Origin: Schizochytrium sp. TIO01
Taxonomy: Eukaryota > Protista > Bigyra: Labyrinthulomycetes
Direction of reading: 5' to 3'
DNA length: 64,000 nt
Assembly (NCBI GenBank): GCA_004764695.1
Contig: SMSO01000032.1
Coordinates: 744,001 to 808,000, forward strand
Of this stretch, positions 22,616 through 34,928 are shown in pieces. Every line of letters starts with the position of its first letter. Within the stretch, counting starts at the first letter, position 1. The notes beneath the pieces are model-generated. The model saw only the letters and a program-made list of their open reading frames with translations. It made no database searches and had not been told where the DNA came from. The position numbers and the translations under genes are program-made.

Positions 22616-25600
22616 TCTTGATCCACGCGCACTGGTCTGGGGAGAAACGGTATTGCCCAACCAGCCTTCTTGGCTCTCCAGAGTTGATTCTGATTTGCTT
22701 CTTGCAAATTTTACTATTTTTTCTAATTTTGCTTTTCAGCTTTGCAACCAACCTTGCAAGAGCAATAGCAGTACCGGTAGGTAGAGTATCCATTCTCTCA
22801 TATGCAATCCACGAGGCCAAGTTTTTCGCAGCCAAGATCGCACGATTACTGCCTAGCAGAACACTAGCAACACCTACGCATGGGCAGAAAGGTCTTGCTA
22901 CCAAAATCGAAATGTACTTTGTATTTCATTCCCGGTGTCCACGCTTTGTTAAAACTGGCCAATTGTCATTTCAACTGAGCCACAAACAGGACGCTCTACG
23001 AAACAGCGCCGTACAAGTCCTGAAGCGGCAAAAGTCCTCCGTAGGTTGAGGAATAGACTGGCATGGGGTTCTCGCGTTGTCCTCGAGTTGTTCTTGAAGA
23101 GGTTTTCCAAGTTGTCAAAGATATTAGACCACCAGCCACTAGGCATATCTCTGAAATGATTGATCAAATCGTCATTTCAACACCAGGAGACTCAACATAA
23201 ATTACCTTAGTGGGCCACCTCGTATGCTTTTAGACCGCTACAGGCGCTGCTGATGGCGTGTCATACATGCGTTGATGGTTCTGAAACGCAAAGATGGGCC
23301 AAACCCCACATCAACGTTCGCTGGACATAGCCGCTAAGAGTAATTAAGTTGTCCTTAAGCAAATTGCTACGCCATATATCGCTGGTATTCTTGTAGACGT
23401 CGCTTCCACTACAGTGTAGCCAGGGGGCACCCCAAGCGAGCCAATTGTAACTCGCTCAGACCTTGGTGGACTGGCCCGTGAGATTGTGGCCCGCAATAAA
23501 AACTTTGATCGCGTCATAAATCTCTTTCACGCCTTGTGAATAGCCGGCGCAAGCCTTACCCAGTAAAACCTATCCAGTACGGCTAGAGCCAAATTGGGTT
23601 GTCCTCGTCGTCATCGCCACTGATCGATTCTGAAGCCATTTCCATAGATTATGATGTTAAACACATCAACCATTTGGCCCACAACACTACACACCGTGTG
23701 TAGTACTGCTAACTATCATGATGGCAGTAGGTATCTCCCTGCTTGTTGAGCGCTTGATGGTAGTGGTGGTGATGGTGGTGACTGGCTGATAAGCAGGTTG
23801 TTCATAGGTCTGAGTACGTAAAAGATAGGACAGCTTATGTAATTGGAGGACAACGCAGTTTGATGGCATCGATGATTGGTTTGATTGGAGGAGATAGGAC
23901 CCAGTCCTTCTGTGCGCCGACAGTCCAGAAAGTGACGTAATGATTCGTGAAAATGAAACATCATTGACTGTTTGACAGAGGAATTAATCCTCTATCTAAT
24001 ATTCGAGTATGAAAGAGATCTAACTCAGGAATTTGCTTTGCTTCACAAAACATTAATGGTGCTGCAGCTGGTACCGATACTACTAGTTGTTTCTTATTGC
24101 GGTAGAGGGGTACCAGGTCTGCAATTGGAACTGTCAATGTTGTCGCATACGTTAGATCAAAGTACCAAGTATACATGTGAGGTTGGATTTTGAGTTACCC
24201 GGGGAGCGTAGCAATATGTGTATCAACCCGGAACACCTGACTTCCAGCACGTTCAATACTTACCTAACAGAATTGCCAGCACATCATCATAGTTGCTACT
24301 ATGCCTTGCACCGTAGAAGGTGAAGGTGTAAAGAATAAACCACGAATACTCTTGGCAGCAGCGCTGCATAAATCATTCAAACATCAGATATGGATGATTC
24401 CCAATTTTTTCAAATGTTCGTGGACAATAAGCGCCTTCAAACAAAACAACAATATCCCAGTATGCGCTTCTTCAATAAAATAAACGAAAAAGAAAAATAC
24501 TACTACACTGTCATTTGAAGAAAATTAGTATGTTCAACTCATGATGCAGGTACGGCCAGATCACGTCATTTTTGTTCGTTCTTTCCTCCCGGAAAGGGCA
24601 TATGGGTTTAACCTCTTAATTTAATTGTATATAATAACGTGGGGTTAACTAACAATTACGGTAACGATATTATATTATTGTGGACAAAACTGCATATGCT
24701 CTCTAGAGGTACAATTATAAACTTTTCGATTTTACAATGTCATTTACATAAAATAAACTTTGAACGAAAGCTAGTTCAATTAGCATCTCAGCAGCGCATC
24801 CTAAACTTAATTTACAATGGCACCTGTAATTCGCTATCTTGTGTGATGGTTGATGTGCTAGCGCAGGTGCTGGTGCTGATATTGATTCTAATTCCGGCTA
24901 TAAGTCAACTTTGTTGAACAAATCCTTAATTATGGCAGGAGAAACGTGTACCAATTTGAAAGGTGATCATTAACCGGATAGATTTTTATTCAAGTTGTCT
25001 CGATCAAGATTTACAATCAAATGTAGTCCACAAAATACATCTAATCAAAGGTTGGCGAAGACAGGAGTATCAAGAAAAATCTCCACATCTGGCTCTCAAT
25101 AGAGGAAAGCAACAGAAAGGATGTCCAAGAGCAAACCTATAAAAACAAAGTGTTGGTTTTGGCAAGGAAAGTGTTCCTACGACTTTTCTTCAAGCCATCT
25201 CTGCCTTCAAAAAATAAAGACAATTCTTGTCGTCAAGAACTCTCTGTAGTACAGACAATTCTCTGCGTCATTCTGGGTCTGGTTCATCCCCTCCTTGCGT
25301 AGCAAGTCTAGCGTGGGTGTTCATAAAGGTTTAGACCATGTAACCTAGAATACTACTATGGAAACGTTCCGCGCTTGTTTCTCTCTTCGCTTCAATGCGA
25401 ACGCACTATCAATGAGCTTGTATCCACGTTTCGATGCTCTGCGTGCAAACCTTCTGCTCTTTTAGAGATAAGCCGAAGATGAAGTCTTTTGTTCTGCGCC
25501 AGCCTGCTTTCATCCGCTGACTCTCTGGCCTACCTTTTTTGGCGACGCCAGCCCAGGTGCTCTTGAGTGTTCTCCGAAGTCCTCTCTGAGTACCACTGAT

Positions 25601-28600
25601 CAATATACTGCTAGACCCAGACGGATGATCAACGACCCTCATAAAAACGTTGTACCCAGGTAAGCTGTTTGTAAAGCAGCGCAGTGACACAGATAATATA
25701 AGGTTCCATCAAGAGACGAATCTCGGCAAATACAATTAGGGTAGGTACCACGATAGGACTTCTATGGCCCTTTCAGGCATCGTCCTACCAAGCGGCTTTT
25801 GCAATGTGACTTGTTATATACTACAGCAGTCCATCGATTGGTCAGAGTTTATTTGGGTAAGTTGGAATCAAGGTCTCATTGCGGAAATGTTCTTGTCAGC
25901 GAGCAAGGATCTTCACTATGCAGCCGTTAAATGGTTTGCCAAGATACAACCCAAATCCGGCTGCTGCGCGTCCCCGGTTTTCCCCCATCCCACGGCGCAT
26001 AAACCTTCGCTCAGCACGAAGCAAGCACAAATCCTTGCTGTCGAGCTGTCGGACTTTGCTCGATCGCGTGGTCATTGAGGTAGCAAGTACCTTCTAAGTT
26101 ATAGAAATTTATTGATGGCGGCAACAGGTTCTCAACGTTCTCTTTCTTTGACCATGATATTGTAAACAAACCAACCAGCAGCAGTCCTATGATTCCTCAA
26201 GTGTAGAGGCAGAACTAGGAGTTGGAGTTCATCGTGCGCAGGTCCAAGCTTCGCCCGAGTTCAGGTAAGCCTGCTGCATGCTTCTGCGCAATTGTTCAGA
26301 CTGTGAGACCCGTATTGTGGCCTTGGCGATAGATAATTCAACTGCTCATGATGGCTTACTGACTGCTAATTGACTGCTCGCTCGTTGTCTTCTTGCCGAT
26401 CTCTTTATCGACTGCATTCCCTCTTTCGGAATTCATAGATTTCAACGCCCTAGAAAACGGCGGAGAACGTGTTTTTCTTCTCTTTATCTCTTTGTCTCCT
26501 GGAAAGGAAGAAAAAAATATATAATACGGGAAAATCGAGTTTTCGAGCTAACTTGATATAACGGAATGGCTTGCCACTTCTTCTGCCAAGAAGCAGCCCC
26601 AGTGCAATCGTAAATGCAGCAGGCTCTGAGACCTCGGTCTTCATAAATTTTAGCTTTAAATGGATTGCCTTAGTCTGCACGAGAGAAAAGTCTCAACTGT
26701 AACTGAACAAAGCCATCGTCCAGCAAGGAAACACGCACCTTTAAGTGAAACTAATTATTCCTTCTGCTCCTTCATTTTATCACCCAGCGAGGAAAATTCC
26801 GTCGCTCCAAGATATGTGCTTTCTTGTGTACAAGTGAACAATGCTATAGTACACCAGGAGCTCCTTCAAACCCAGTGCCATTGAGCCCACCGTGGTAGTG
26901 TAAATGGTGCAGACCCTGAATGATTTCCATCCGATATGCCAAGAACTTTGAGGCTCGAGCGAGTGGACTTTTTCAAGAAACTTGAAGGTGCTTAAGAGAA
27001 AGAGAGACGATGAAGACGCCAACTTGGAGTGAAAATGAGCGCATAGAGGAAAACACAACCCATGAGAGAATTGAGGGAGTGTTAAGTTTAATCTAGCGAA
27101 CCCATATCAGTGGTTGCGCTATTGCCATGTAGAAGAACTCCGCGCCGTTTATGTGTTTGTTTACGAAAAAGGAAAAAAAAGCATCATTTCATTACCTTAT
27201 TTAAATTTCCTTTTCTTTTCTAAAAGTTTTAACTTTTAACTTTTTATTTTTCATCATTTTTGTTTTTACTTTTTTTACGAGCAAAATTATGAATCTTTCA
27301 GGCTGTTTTGTAAAACCAAGTTGAAGCACTTGTGGTTCATTCCCTTCACCCTGTGCTGATGAAAATAAAAATATAATTAGCCCGTAGAAATATTCTTTTC
27401 TAGTAACTTCAATGTGAGGCTCTCCGAAGTTCTGCTTTTTGTGTGTTAGTTCATTTAAAAAAAAAAACAAAAAAACTTTTATGTTTATTTTAAAAAATGT
27501 AAAATTAATTTTTAAAATAAAATAAAATAAAAATATCTTCAAAATTTTGCTCCACGAATCTTCAACTAGTACTACGAAGAGTGCCGAACAGAAAAACTGC
27601 TCGCAGACGCTTTCGATCTGCCATATGTTTCGCCACCGTCACCGCACTCTGCATCTGCATGGAATCGGAGAGCACTATGATAGGACGTCGCTGCGCCCAG
27701 TCAGCGTCTGGCTACAGTGGCTAGGAGGGAGGCCTTCCAGCAAGCTCGCAGAGGAGCAAATGAGAAGATGTCCGTCCATAACGCAGTTCCTGTTGCTAAA
27801 CTGACGACTCTTCTTCGGCTTGTGCTTCGTATATGCCCACCCGTGGGCAACTGCGGCTAAAAGGCGACGCATAAGAGGCTGCTGAGATCTCCTGCTCCGA
27901 TCGTTTCGAGTTCACCAACCACAAGTCTTGAAGAAGGTCTTGAAGATCTGCGGTTGACTTCAGGAGATTTCCTCACGGCCCCAAGCTCGGCGCAGAGATT
28001 TCCACCGTTCAATGCCGTTCTTTGAGGACAAATTTAGGTGCGCAAGAACCACGAGGTCGAGACTCTCGCAATTCACAGAACTCGTGGTTTTCAAGTTGAT
28101 TGGCGGTAACATCATCTTATTGTCATGAGGTGGGCTGCTCTGTATCTCATCTCTAGTATCTCTGGTTCTTAGCTGCAGTACGCATCATTTCAACAACAAG
28201 CTTCGTCAAATCTTGCTTCTTTGCTTGCAAATTCTGCTCGAGGCTTTGGCGCGGCCCATGCTGGCTTGCGAAAGAGCCTTCGGGTTCCTGAGCCCTTCTC
28301 AGTTAATCGAAATGAAAATTTTACTTAGCTTAATTCCGGCGTGATGCTGCCAGTTTCCTCCTCGCCATACACCTGGAGCCCGTGCTGTAGGACTTACATC
28401 AGTCTACTATCGAGGCCAAATACTGTTGTTGGCAATACTAACGGAGTTATCAGCCAGGTCATTCATTCTATTGGTTATGAATCCTCGTCAAAAACATGGT
28501 GGTGGAGAGAGAGGGTCGCGCACACCTTTTTAGACACCACCAGTCTGCGAGTTCTTTTCAAATTTACGCTGCTTGGATTCTTCCCGTGCAAGAGGCGTAT

Positions 28601-31600
28601 CCTGCAAGAGCATATCCGACCGAACGTGACTTTATAGTAGAACCCATGCTGATATTGATTGAATTGAGCAGAACAAGAAAGCCCGTGTTACACTCCAGCA
28701 ACCAATCGTTTGATCACCAGTCTGCCATTTTTACACAGGCAGTAAGCCGGCAGCAGCCTTGGGACGAGGAGAAGACTGCGAAGGTGGTTGACTTCAAGTT
28801 CATGACATGGTTCCTTTCTGGCCTATCCTGTTCCACACCCTGAGGTTATATGCAGTGAGAAGTGAGCATAGATATACTAAATACCCGCCTAAGTGTTGAG
28901 ATTCCAAGTGCTAGACAAACACTTTTGTTAGAATGGTCTTTTAAAGCAAACCTAAGTCTGAAATTATCATAGCAAATGCAAAAGATGCTCCTAAAGCAGC
29001 GAATCGCTGCTGGTATGATCTAAATTTTGATACATTTATAATTTCTGACTAAAATTGGGGATTGGAAAAGTAGCTCTGGGTTTGAGTTTGGTTCTACCTT
29101 CCGGGTATAATTGTAGGTAGTCAAACCTTCGCAGAGTATTTGGCATCTTCGCATTTCTTCCTTCCCTTTTCTCTACTCGCACAAAAACTTGGACCTGCCG
29201 GATATAATTGTTATTTTCTTTTTGGATGATTTGTTTATTCCTCTATAAAATTTCGGCGATGGCACTGTCTCCTTGCAAATGCTCTGCGCAAAGCCTCCAA
29301 AACCCCCTATAAAGGCGGCTTTCTAAGAACCGACGGGCCCCATCTTAATCGTAGGCTAACCGAGACCGTGGCAGCAGCAGCCAGGAGTGCACGACTCTGT
29401 ACAAATACAGAACAAAACAAACTGAGAATTGAAAAGCAAAAAACCCAAAACATTCATACCCACTAGAAAGGAAAGCTTAAGATTCACGAGTTCATTCGTC
29501 CTAGTATGGGGGTATACTCGGATTGGCACGCATTGAGACTTTGTGGGGATGGGATATATAAAAGCATTCAAAGCAGTAGTAACCGCGTGCCGTGAGCGAG
29601 CAGCCGTGATTGCGGAGCAGATTCTGCACGCAGATCTATCCATCAACAAAGAGTTTAGAAATAGGTGGTGATAGATTCACAACTCAATAGATAGAATCTT
29701 TTCTTTTCTGTTCTTTGGTTTTGTCTAGTCCTGTCTTCTTTTCTTTCCCCACTTCCAATTCTTTTCTTTTCTTCTTCAGAGTATAGAAAATATCAGCTTC
29801 TTTAATCCCAGAACCCTGCTTAGATACCTTCGTCGGTACGCTTCATTCGCCCAATCGACTCTGTTTCGTATCACCATCATAGATAGCATGATGTCAATCA
29901 TTCAAGAGTGGAGTGTGTTCTCTGCTGCCTTTAACCTTTTCTCCGAAGGTCCTCATTTTCCTAAACTTGACGCCATTGCCTTTGCAGAGTTCACTACATC
30001 CTCCGTCAGTTTTTGAGCATCTCAATTGCGAGCACTGCCTTAAGACAGACAGAAAGAAAGACAAATAGAAGAAAGAAAGACAAATAGAAAGAATAGTACC
30101 TTCCTAGTTGCTTACTTACCCACTACAATAGCACGGCATTTGCTAATTAGTGGAACTGCAATCACTGAGTGAGTGCGCGCCTTCTCTGCGCTCTTGAGGG
30201 TTCACTGCCGTGTTCTTTCTCGTGATTCTCTCCGTCTACGACTGCCTTGAAAGACTGACTAATCACCAACGGCAAGAAAACAAGAAAACAAGAAAATAAG
30301 AAAACAAAGGAAAAGCGGCGAAGAAAAGAAGAACAGAGAGCAATAATAATGAGCCCTCTATCTTCAAGTTCATGGCCATCATCATTCCATCACGAATGAA
30401 TGATACAACCACTCTTCGCCTGAGCAAACGAATAGCACAGGTTGACGCCGCGGCTTTCTTCCAAGCCAAGCCAACTAGCTACGTCTCTCTATCACAGTCA
30501 CTCGCTCGCTCACTCGCTACCTCGCTAACCCGTGAAGTTGCCGCCGGCACGGTTCCGATCAGATCCTTCACAGCGACAATGAGGCCTTTCGAGGAATCCA
30601 TCCAGCAACAGCTCTTTCTGCGATTCACTGCGTGATACAAGTCCAAGCACACGCCTCTCCCGGAACGCGACGGCAAGGGAGACGAGAAAAGAAAAGTGAT
30701 TGCACCAAATACCTCCAAGCTAGCGCCGCCATTAGCGGAATCGCTAAGCCCTCTCCCTCCCTCTCTCTGTCCCACTGTAGCTAGTTCTAGAGGTGCCTAG
30801 CTGAATGCCTAGAGACTAACTACTACCACAGCCATAAATAGCGATGCCGCTAACTAACTAGAGATGTGACGACTACACGTCAAAGGCAAGAACGATAGAT
30901 TTCGTAGGATCGTTTATCCTTCAACGGGGCGCGACTTCATGACTACGGATTGGAAAGTTAATGAATATGCAGCAGCAGCAGCAGCAGGATTGACATCGCT
31001 TGCTCGGACATAGCTTAGTCGTCGTTTGGCTCGTTGCTATTAAGTCACGGAGTGATTGATTGTTGTTTATCGAAATTCCACCTCATGAGCGATTTTTGCC
31101 TCAAATGCATCGCTGCGCTCGTCTCGAAACTAAAGAAGACATGGTACGCACCTCCTCAGTCTTAGTATGTGCCACTCCGCTCATAACCAGGCACAGGAAA
31201 GGCCAGCATACAGTCCCTCCCAAGTGCGCGTTATGGATCCTCGTAGCTCAAACTGTATGCTTCATGAAGACAGCACCACACACATTTTCCCAATTTATGC
31301 TAGTATGTGCTATTGTTATGATATTTATTAAACTTTAAAATAAATTATAAATATGTTTTTTCAATAAAAGAAAAGAATAATATGCTTTTGAAACCATACT
31401 ATGATGTCATCTATAGAGACATGAGGACTGAAGGATCTGGGAGGAAGAGGATGAGAGAATAAGGCGACTCCGGGCATTTAAGAGCATTGGAAGAGGGTGC
31501 GAGCGCGAGCGCGATCATAAGAAACCTGCTCGCGCTGCTCGTGTTTGCCAGCTTTGCGCCAGTGGCATTAGTTTTCTTTTCGCCTTCAGCTTTGTCTCCT

Positions 31601-32272
31601 GTTCGCTCCCTTTCCTTGCCATCGATCAGAGAGCTCTTTTCCCCCCAAAGTTTAGCTAAATCATCTAAATCATCAAAACGAAAGAATTTCCTTCTTTTTT
31701 TCTTTTTCTTTTTTCTTTTTCTCCTCGTGTTTCTGGTTTTTTCTTGCGTGTGTTCTGTTTGTATTCTTATAAATGACCCATCTTAGTCAACCAAGATGAT
31801 CGTTTGCTTTGCTTTCCTGCAGACGCAGAGAAAAGAGGACCTTTAACCTCCTTTTCTTCAGAAAAGGCAAGTAGGTACGGTTTTTCTTTCTTATCGAGAG
31901 AAGTGCGACGAGAAGTCCTCTCACAGCAATTAAACTTTTGGGAATCGTACGGAGCTAAGAGAGAACGGTGGTTCCTACGGTTCTCTTTTCAGGTCAGTAC
32001 GAGCGAGCGATTAGTCGGCGAATAATCGACTGGACCTGAGCGAGGAGAAGTTCAACAAGAACTTGAAGACCACTGCCCGGGTCAGCCTAGAAACTGAAGG
32101 TCTCTGATGCCATGCCTGGCAAGTAAGACCTGCAGCGCTGCTGCATGCACAGGTTCTGCCTCTTCTACACAGGCTTGGCGCCGCGAGGAGGGAATAATTT
32201 CAAAATATAGAGAGATCTCAGCGAGCGAAAAAAAAAGAAAAGAAAAGAAGAGAAAAGAAGGGCGACGCGCAG

Positions 32273-32324
32273 TATGTATGTATGTATGTATGTATGTATG
32301 TATGTATGTATGTATGTATGTATG
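32273..32324. repeat. (TATG)13 microsatellite
   Basis: Direct reading of the sequence. Confidence 0.95.
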
Positions 32325-33722
32325 GCATAGCAGTACTTTTCTTTTTCTTTTTTTACTTTCATTTATATGTACTTCTACTTTTTCTGTTTTTCCCTTTCTT
32401 TTTCTGTTTTTGAAAAGTTGATTTTTTCTAGTTAGCCACCACAGCGAAGGAGAAAACAAGAGGTGCAAAGAAAAGGTCCTTTGTCCTTTTGTTGCAAACA
32501 TTCGCAGCTTACCCCATCGTTTTAAAGGTACGCGTGCGTCTCGCATGCTTTGTGAAAAGAACCTTGTTATTACCGTGGTTTTAGAGTTTCAAGAGTAGCT
32601 AGTACGGTAGCAAAGACTTGGGAACGCGATTTCTTACTATTTGTTTCCCATCCTCTGCTCCTGCTACCACATACTTCCAGGGTTTCTTTAGTTATTCATT
32701 TTGCTTATTTCCTCGTGGTAATTTGCAATGTATTATTGTTGGTTCAAAGGCATCTCCACTAAGTCTGCGATTATCAAGTTCATACAGGTTGGATAAAGCT
32801 TTGTTTGGGTCCGCTCCGCACAGGCTCACTGAGGCGCAAACAAAGAAGGAGCTCCTCAATCCTTTGTGCCAGACAACTCGTTGCTTTGCGAGTGCCAAAG
32901 AGCATCGGAATACTCACTCAGCCCGTGGCCAGGCAATTAGAGTGACCCTCATCATTGAGCGATACACCTCACTTGCGACTGCCACCCATGTGGAGCGAGG
33001 CCTAATTGGACGATTCAGTTGACTGTGAAGATGAAAGGTTGAGAGTTCAAAGGGTATAGAAAAGAAATGCTCGAGAGTGAGTCTTTCTTTCATTTTATTT
33101 CTCCCTAGAAATAATGTTTAGAATAATGCTTTAAATAATTTTTAGAATTGAACTGAGTGAATGAATGAATGAAGGAGAGAGAGAGATTTATTTTCCATCT
33201 GAGCGAACTGACTGAAAAGACTTCGAGGTCTTGGGCGCATTGAAAAAGAGGTTGCCGGCTTCTAATCATTTGGTGTTGATGGTATCTGCGGGTCAGTGTG
33301 ATCGCTTCACTGATTGAAAGAGGGTTTGACAGCAAGGTTCAAGAAACAAAGAAAAGAAAAGAGGCAAATAGTATACATGCTTATGTATTTATATTATTTA
33401 TATGTATTATATATTTCTTTTATTGAGAAGAGAAACTTGAAAGAAAGCGATTTTTAGCTTTCAAAGAAAAGAGAATAAGAACCCCTCACTTTGAAGAGAA
33501 GAAGGAAGTGCAAAGTCTAAGAAACTTATGAAAAGGAAAGAAGAGAGAACACCAGAACAAGACCTACCAGCAAACTTCACCCAGAACTGCAAAAGACCCG
33601 AGGAGCCTTCAAAGCAAAACCTCAACTCGAGCTCCCAAAGCTTCAGCAAGGCTTGCAAAGCTTTCCTCACCAGCTCTTTGACAAACTAATAAACAAACAA
33701 ACAGACTCCTCAGTCTAGCAAA

Positions 33723-34781
33723 ATGCGCGCTGCTCTTGCTCTCTCCCGTGGCCGCCATGCCCTCGCCACCTCTGCCTTGACCCGTCCTCTCCGCTCCCAC
33801 TGCGCTGGCATTGCCACCGTCATCGACGGCAAGGCTGTTGCCAGCGAGGTTCTTGCTGACGTCAAGAAGGATGTCGATGCACTCCGCGCCAGCCACGGCG
33901 AGGAGGCCACCCCCGGACTCGCCGTCGTTCTCGTCGGTGACCGCCCCGACTCCGCCAAGTATGTCCAGATGAAGAAAAAGGCTGCTGCCGAGGTTGGAAT
34001 CCGCTCCATCGAGACTCTTCTCCCCAGCACTTGCACTCACGAGGAGGTGCTCGAAGTCGTGCGTGACCTCAATGCCCGCAAGGATGTAGATGGTATTTTG
34101 GTTCAGCTTCCTCTGCCCACTCAGTGCGACCAGACCTCCATTCTTGAGGCCATCGATGTGGAGAAGGACGTTGACGGCTTCCACCCGTTCAACATGGGCC
34201 GCTTGGCTCGTAGTGGTGAGGACCTTCGCCAGCAGCGCCGCGAGTTCTTGCCCCTTGAGAGCCGTAACGCCTCCTGCACCCCGCTTGGATCCATCGTGCT
34301 CCTCGAGAAGTCCGGCTGTGAGATTGCCGGCAAGAAGGCTGTTGTTCTTGGACGCAGCAACATTGTTGGCCTCCCGGCAGCACTCATGCTCCTCCACAGA
34401 CATGCCACTGTAAGCATTTGCCACTCCCGCACTCCGGATCTCAAGGAGATGTGCCGTGAGGCTGATATCCTCATTGCTGCCATTGGCAAGCCCGAGTTCG
34501 TCAAGGGTGACTGGATCAAGCCTGGTGCCACCGTCATCGACGTTGGTATTAACTTTAAGGAGGACCCCACCCGCAAGAGCGGTATGCGCATGTGCGGTGA
34601 TGTTGACTACGAGGCTGCTCGCCAGGTCGCTGGCGCCATCACACCCGTCCCCGGTGGTGTTGGCCCCATGACCGTTGCTATGCTCATGGTCAACACCGTC
34701 AACAACGCCAAGATCCGCCTTGAGCGTACCATCGCTGAGGAGTCCCAGTACCCTGAGAAGGAGGCTGTCAGCGCCCAGTAA
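33723..34781 (+). CDS. folD: Bifunctional methylenetetrahydrofolate dehydrogenase/cyclohydrolase, likely mitochondrial
   Basis: PGLAVVLVG, DGILVQLPLP, KDVDGFHP, GRSNIVGLP, VIDVGIN and ITPVPGGVGPMTVAML motifs; Arg/Ala/Leu N-terminal presequence-like segment. Confidence 0.97.
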   Translation: MRAALALSRGRHALATSALTRPLRSHCAGIATVIDGKAVASEVLADVKKDVDALRASHGEEATPGLAVVLVGDRPDSAKYVQMKKKAAAEVGIRSIETLLPSTCTHEEVLEVVRDLNARKDVDGILVQLPLPTQCDQTSILEAIDVEKDVDGFHPFNMGRLARSGEDLRQQRREFLPLESRNASCTPLGSIVLLEKSGCEIAGKKAVVLGRSNIVGLPAALMLLHRHATVSICHSRTPDLKEMCREADILIAAIGKPEFVKGDWIKPGATVIDVGINFKEDPTRKSGMRMCGDVDYEAARQVAGAITPVPGGVGPMTVAMLMVNTVNNAKIRLERTIAEESQYPEKEAVSAQ

Positions 34782-34839
34782 GCTACTCTTCCTCGCTCCA
34801 CATACACACACGCTTGTTTGCCTTTAGAAGATTGTAAGT

Positions 34840-34928
34840 TGGGCTTACACCGGTGTAAGTACCCCATTTGTCCTGCTCACAATCTAGCAAATGTTCATGA
34901 GAGTTACTGCATTCATAAATGCAGTAAC
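34840..34928 (+). other. Two perfect inverted repeats just downstream of the folD stop
   Basis: 16-bp palindrome CTTACACCGGTGTAAG (34844-34859) and an 11-bp stem GTTACTGCATT-CATA-AATGCAGTAAC (34903-34928). Confidence 0.6.

Noticed and set aside
33609-34811. 400 aa antisense ORF over folD
   Set aside because: Shadow ORF caused by strong codon bias in folD; no recognisable motifs.
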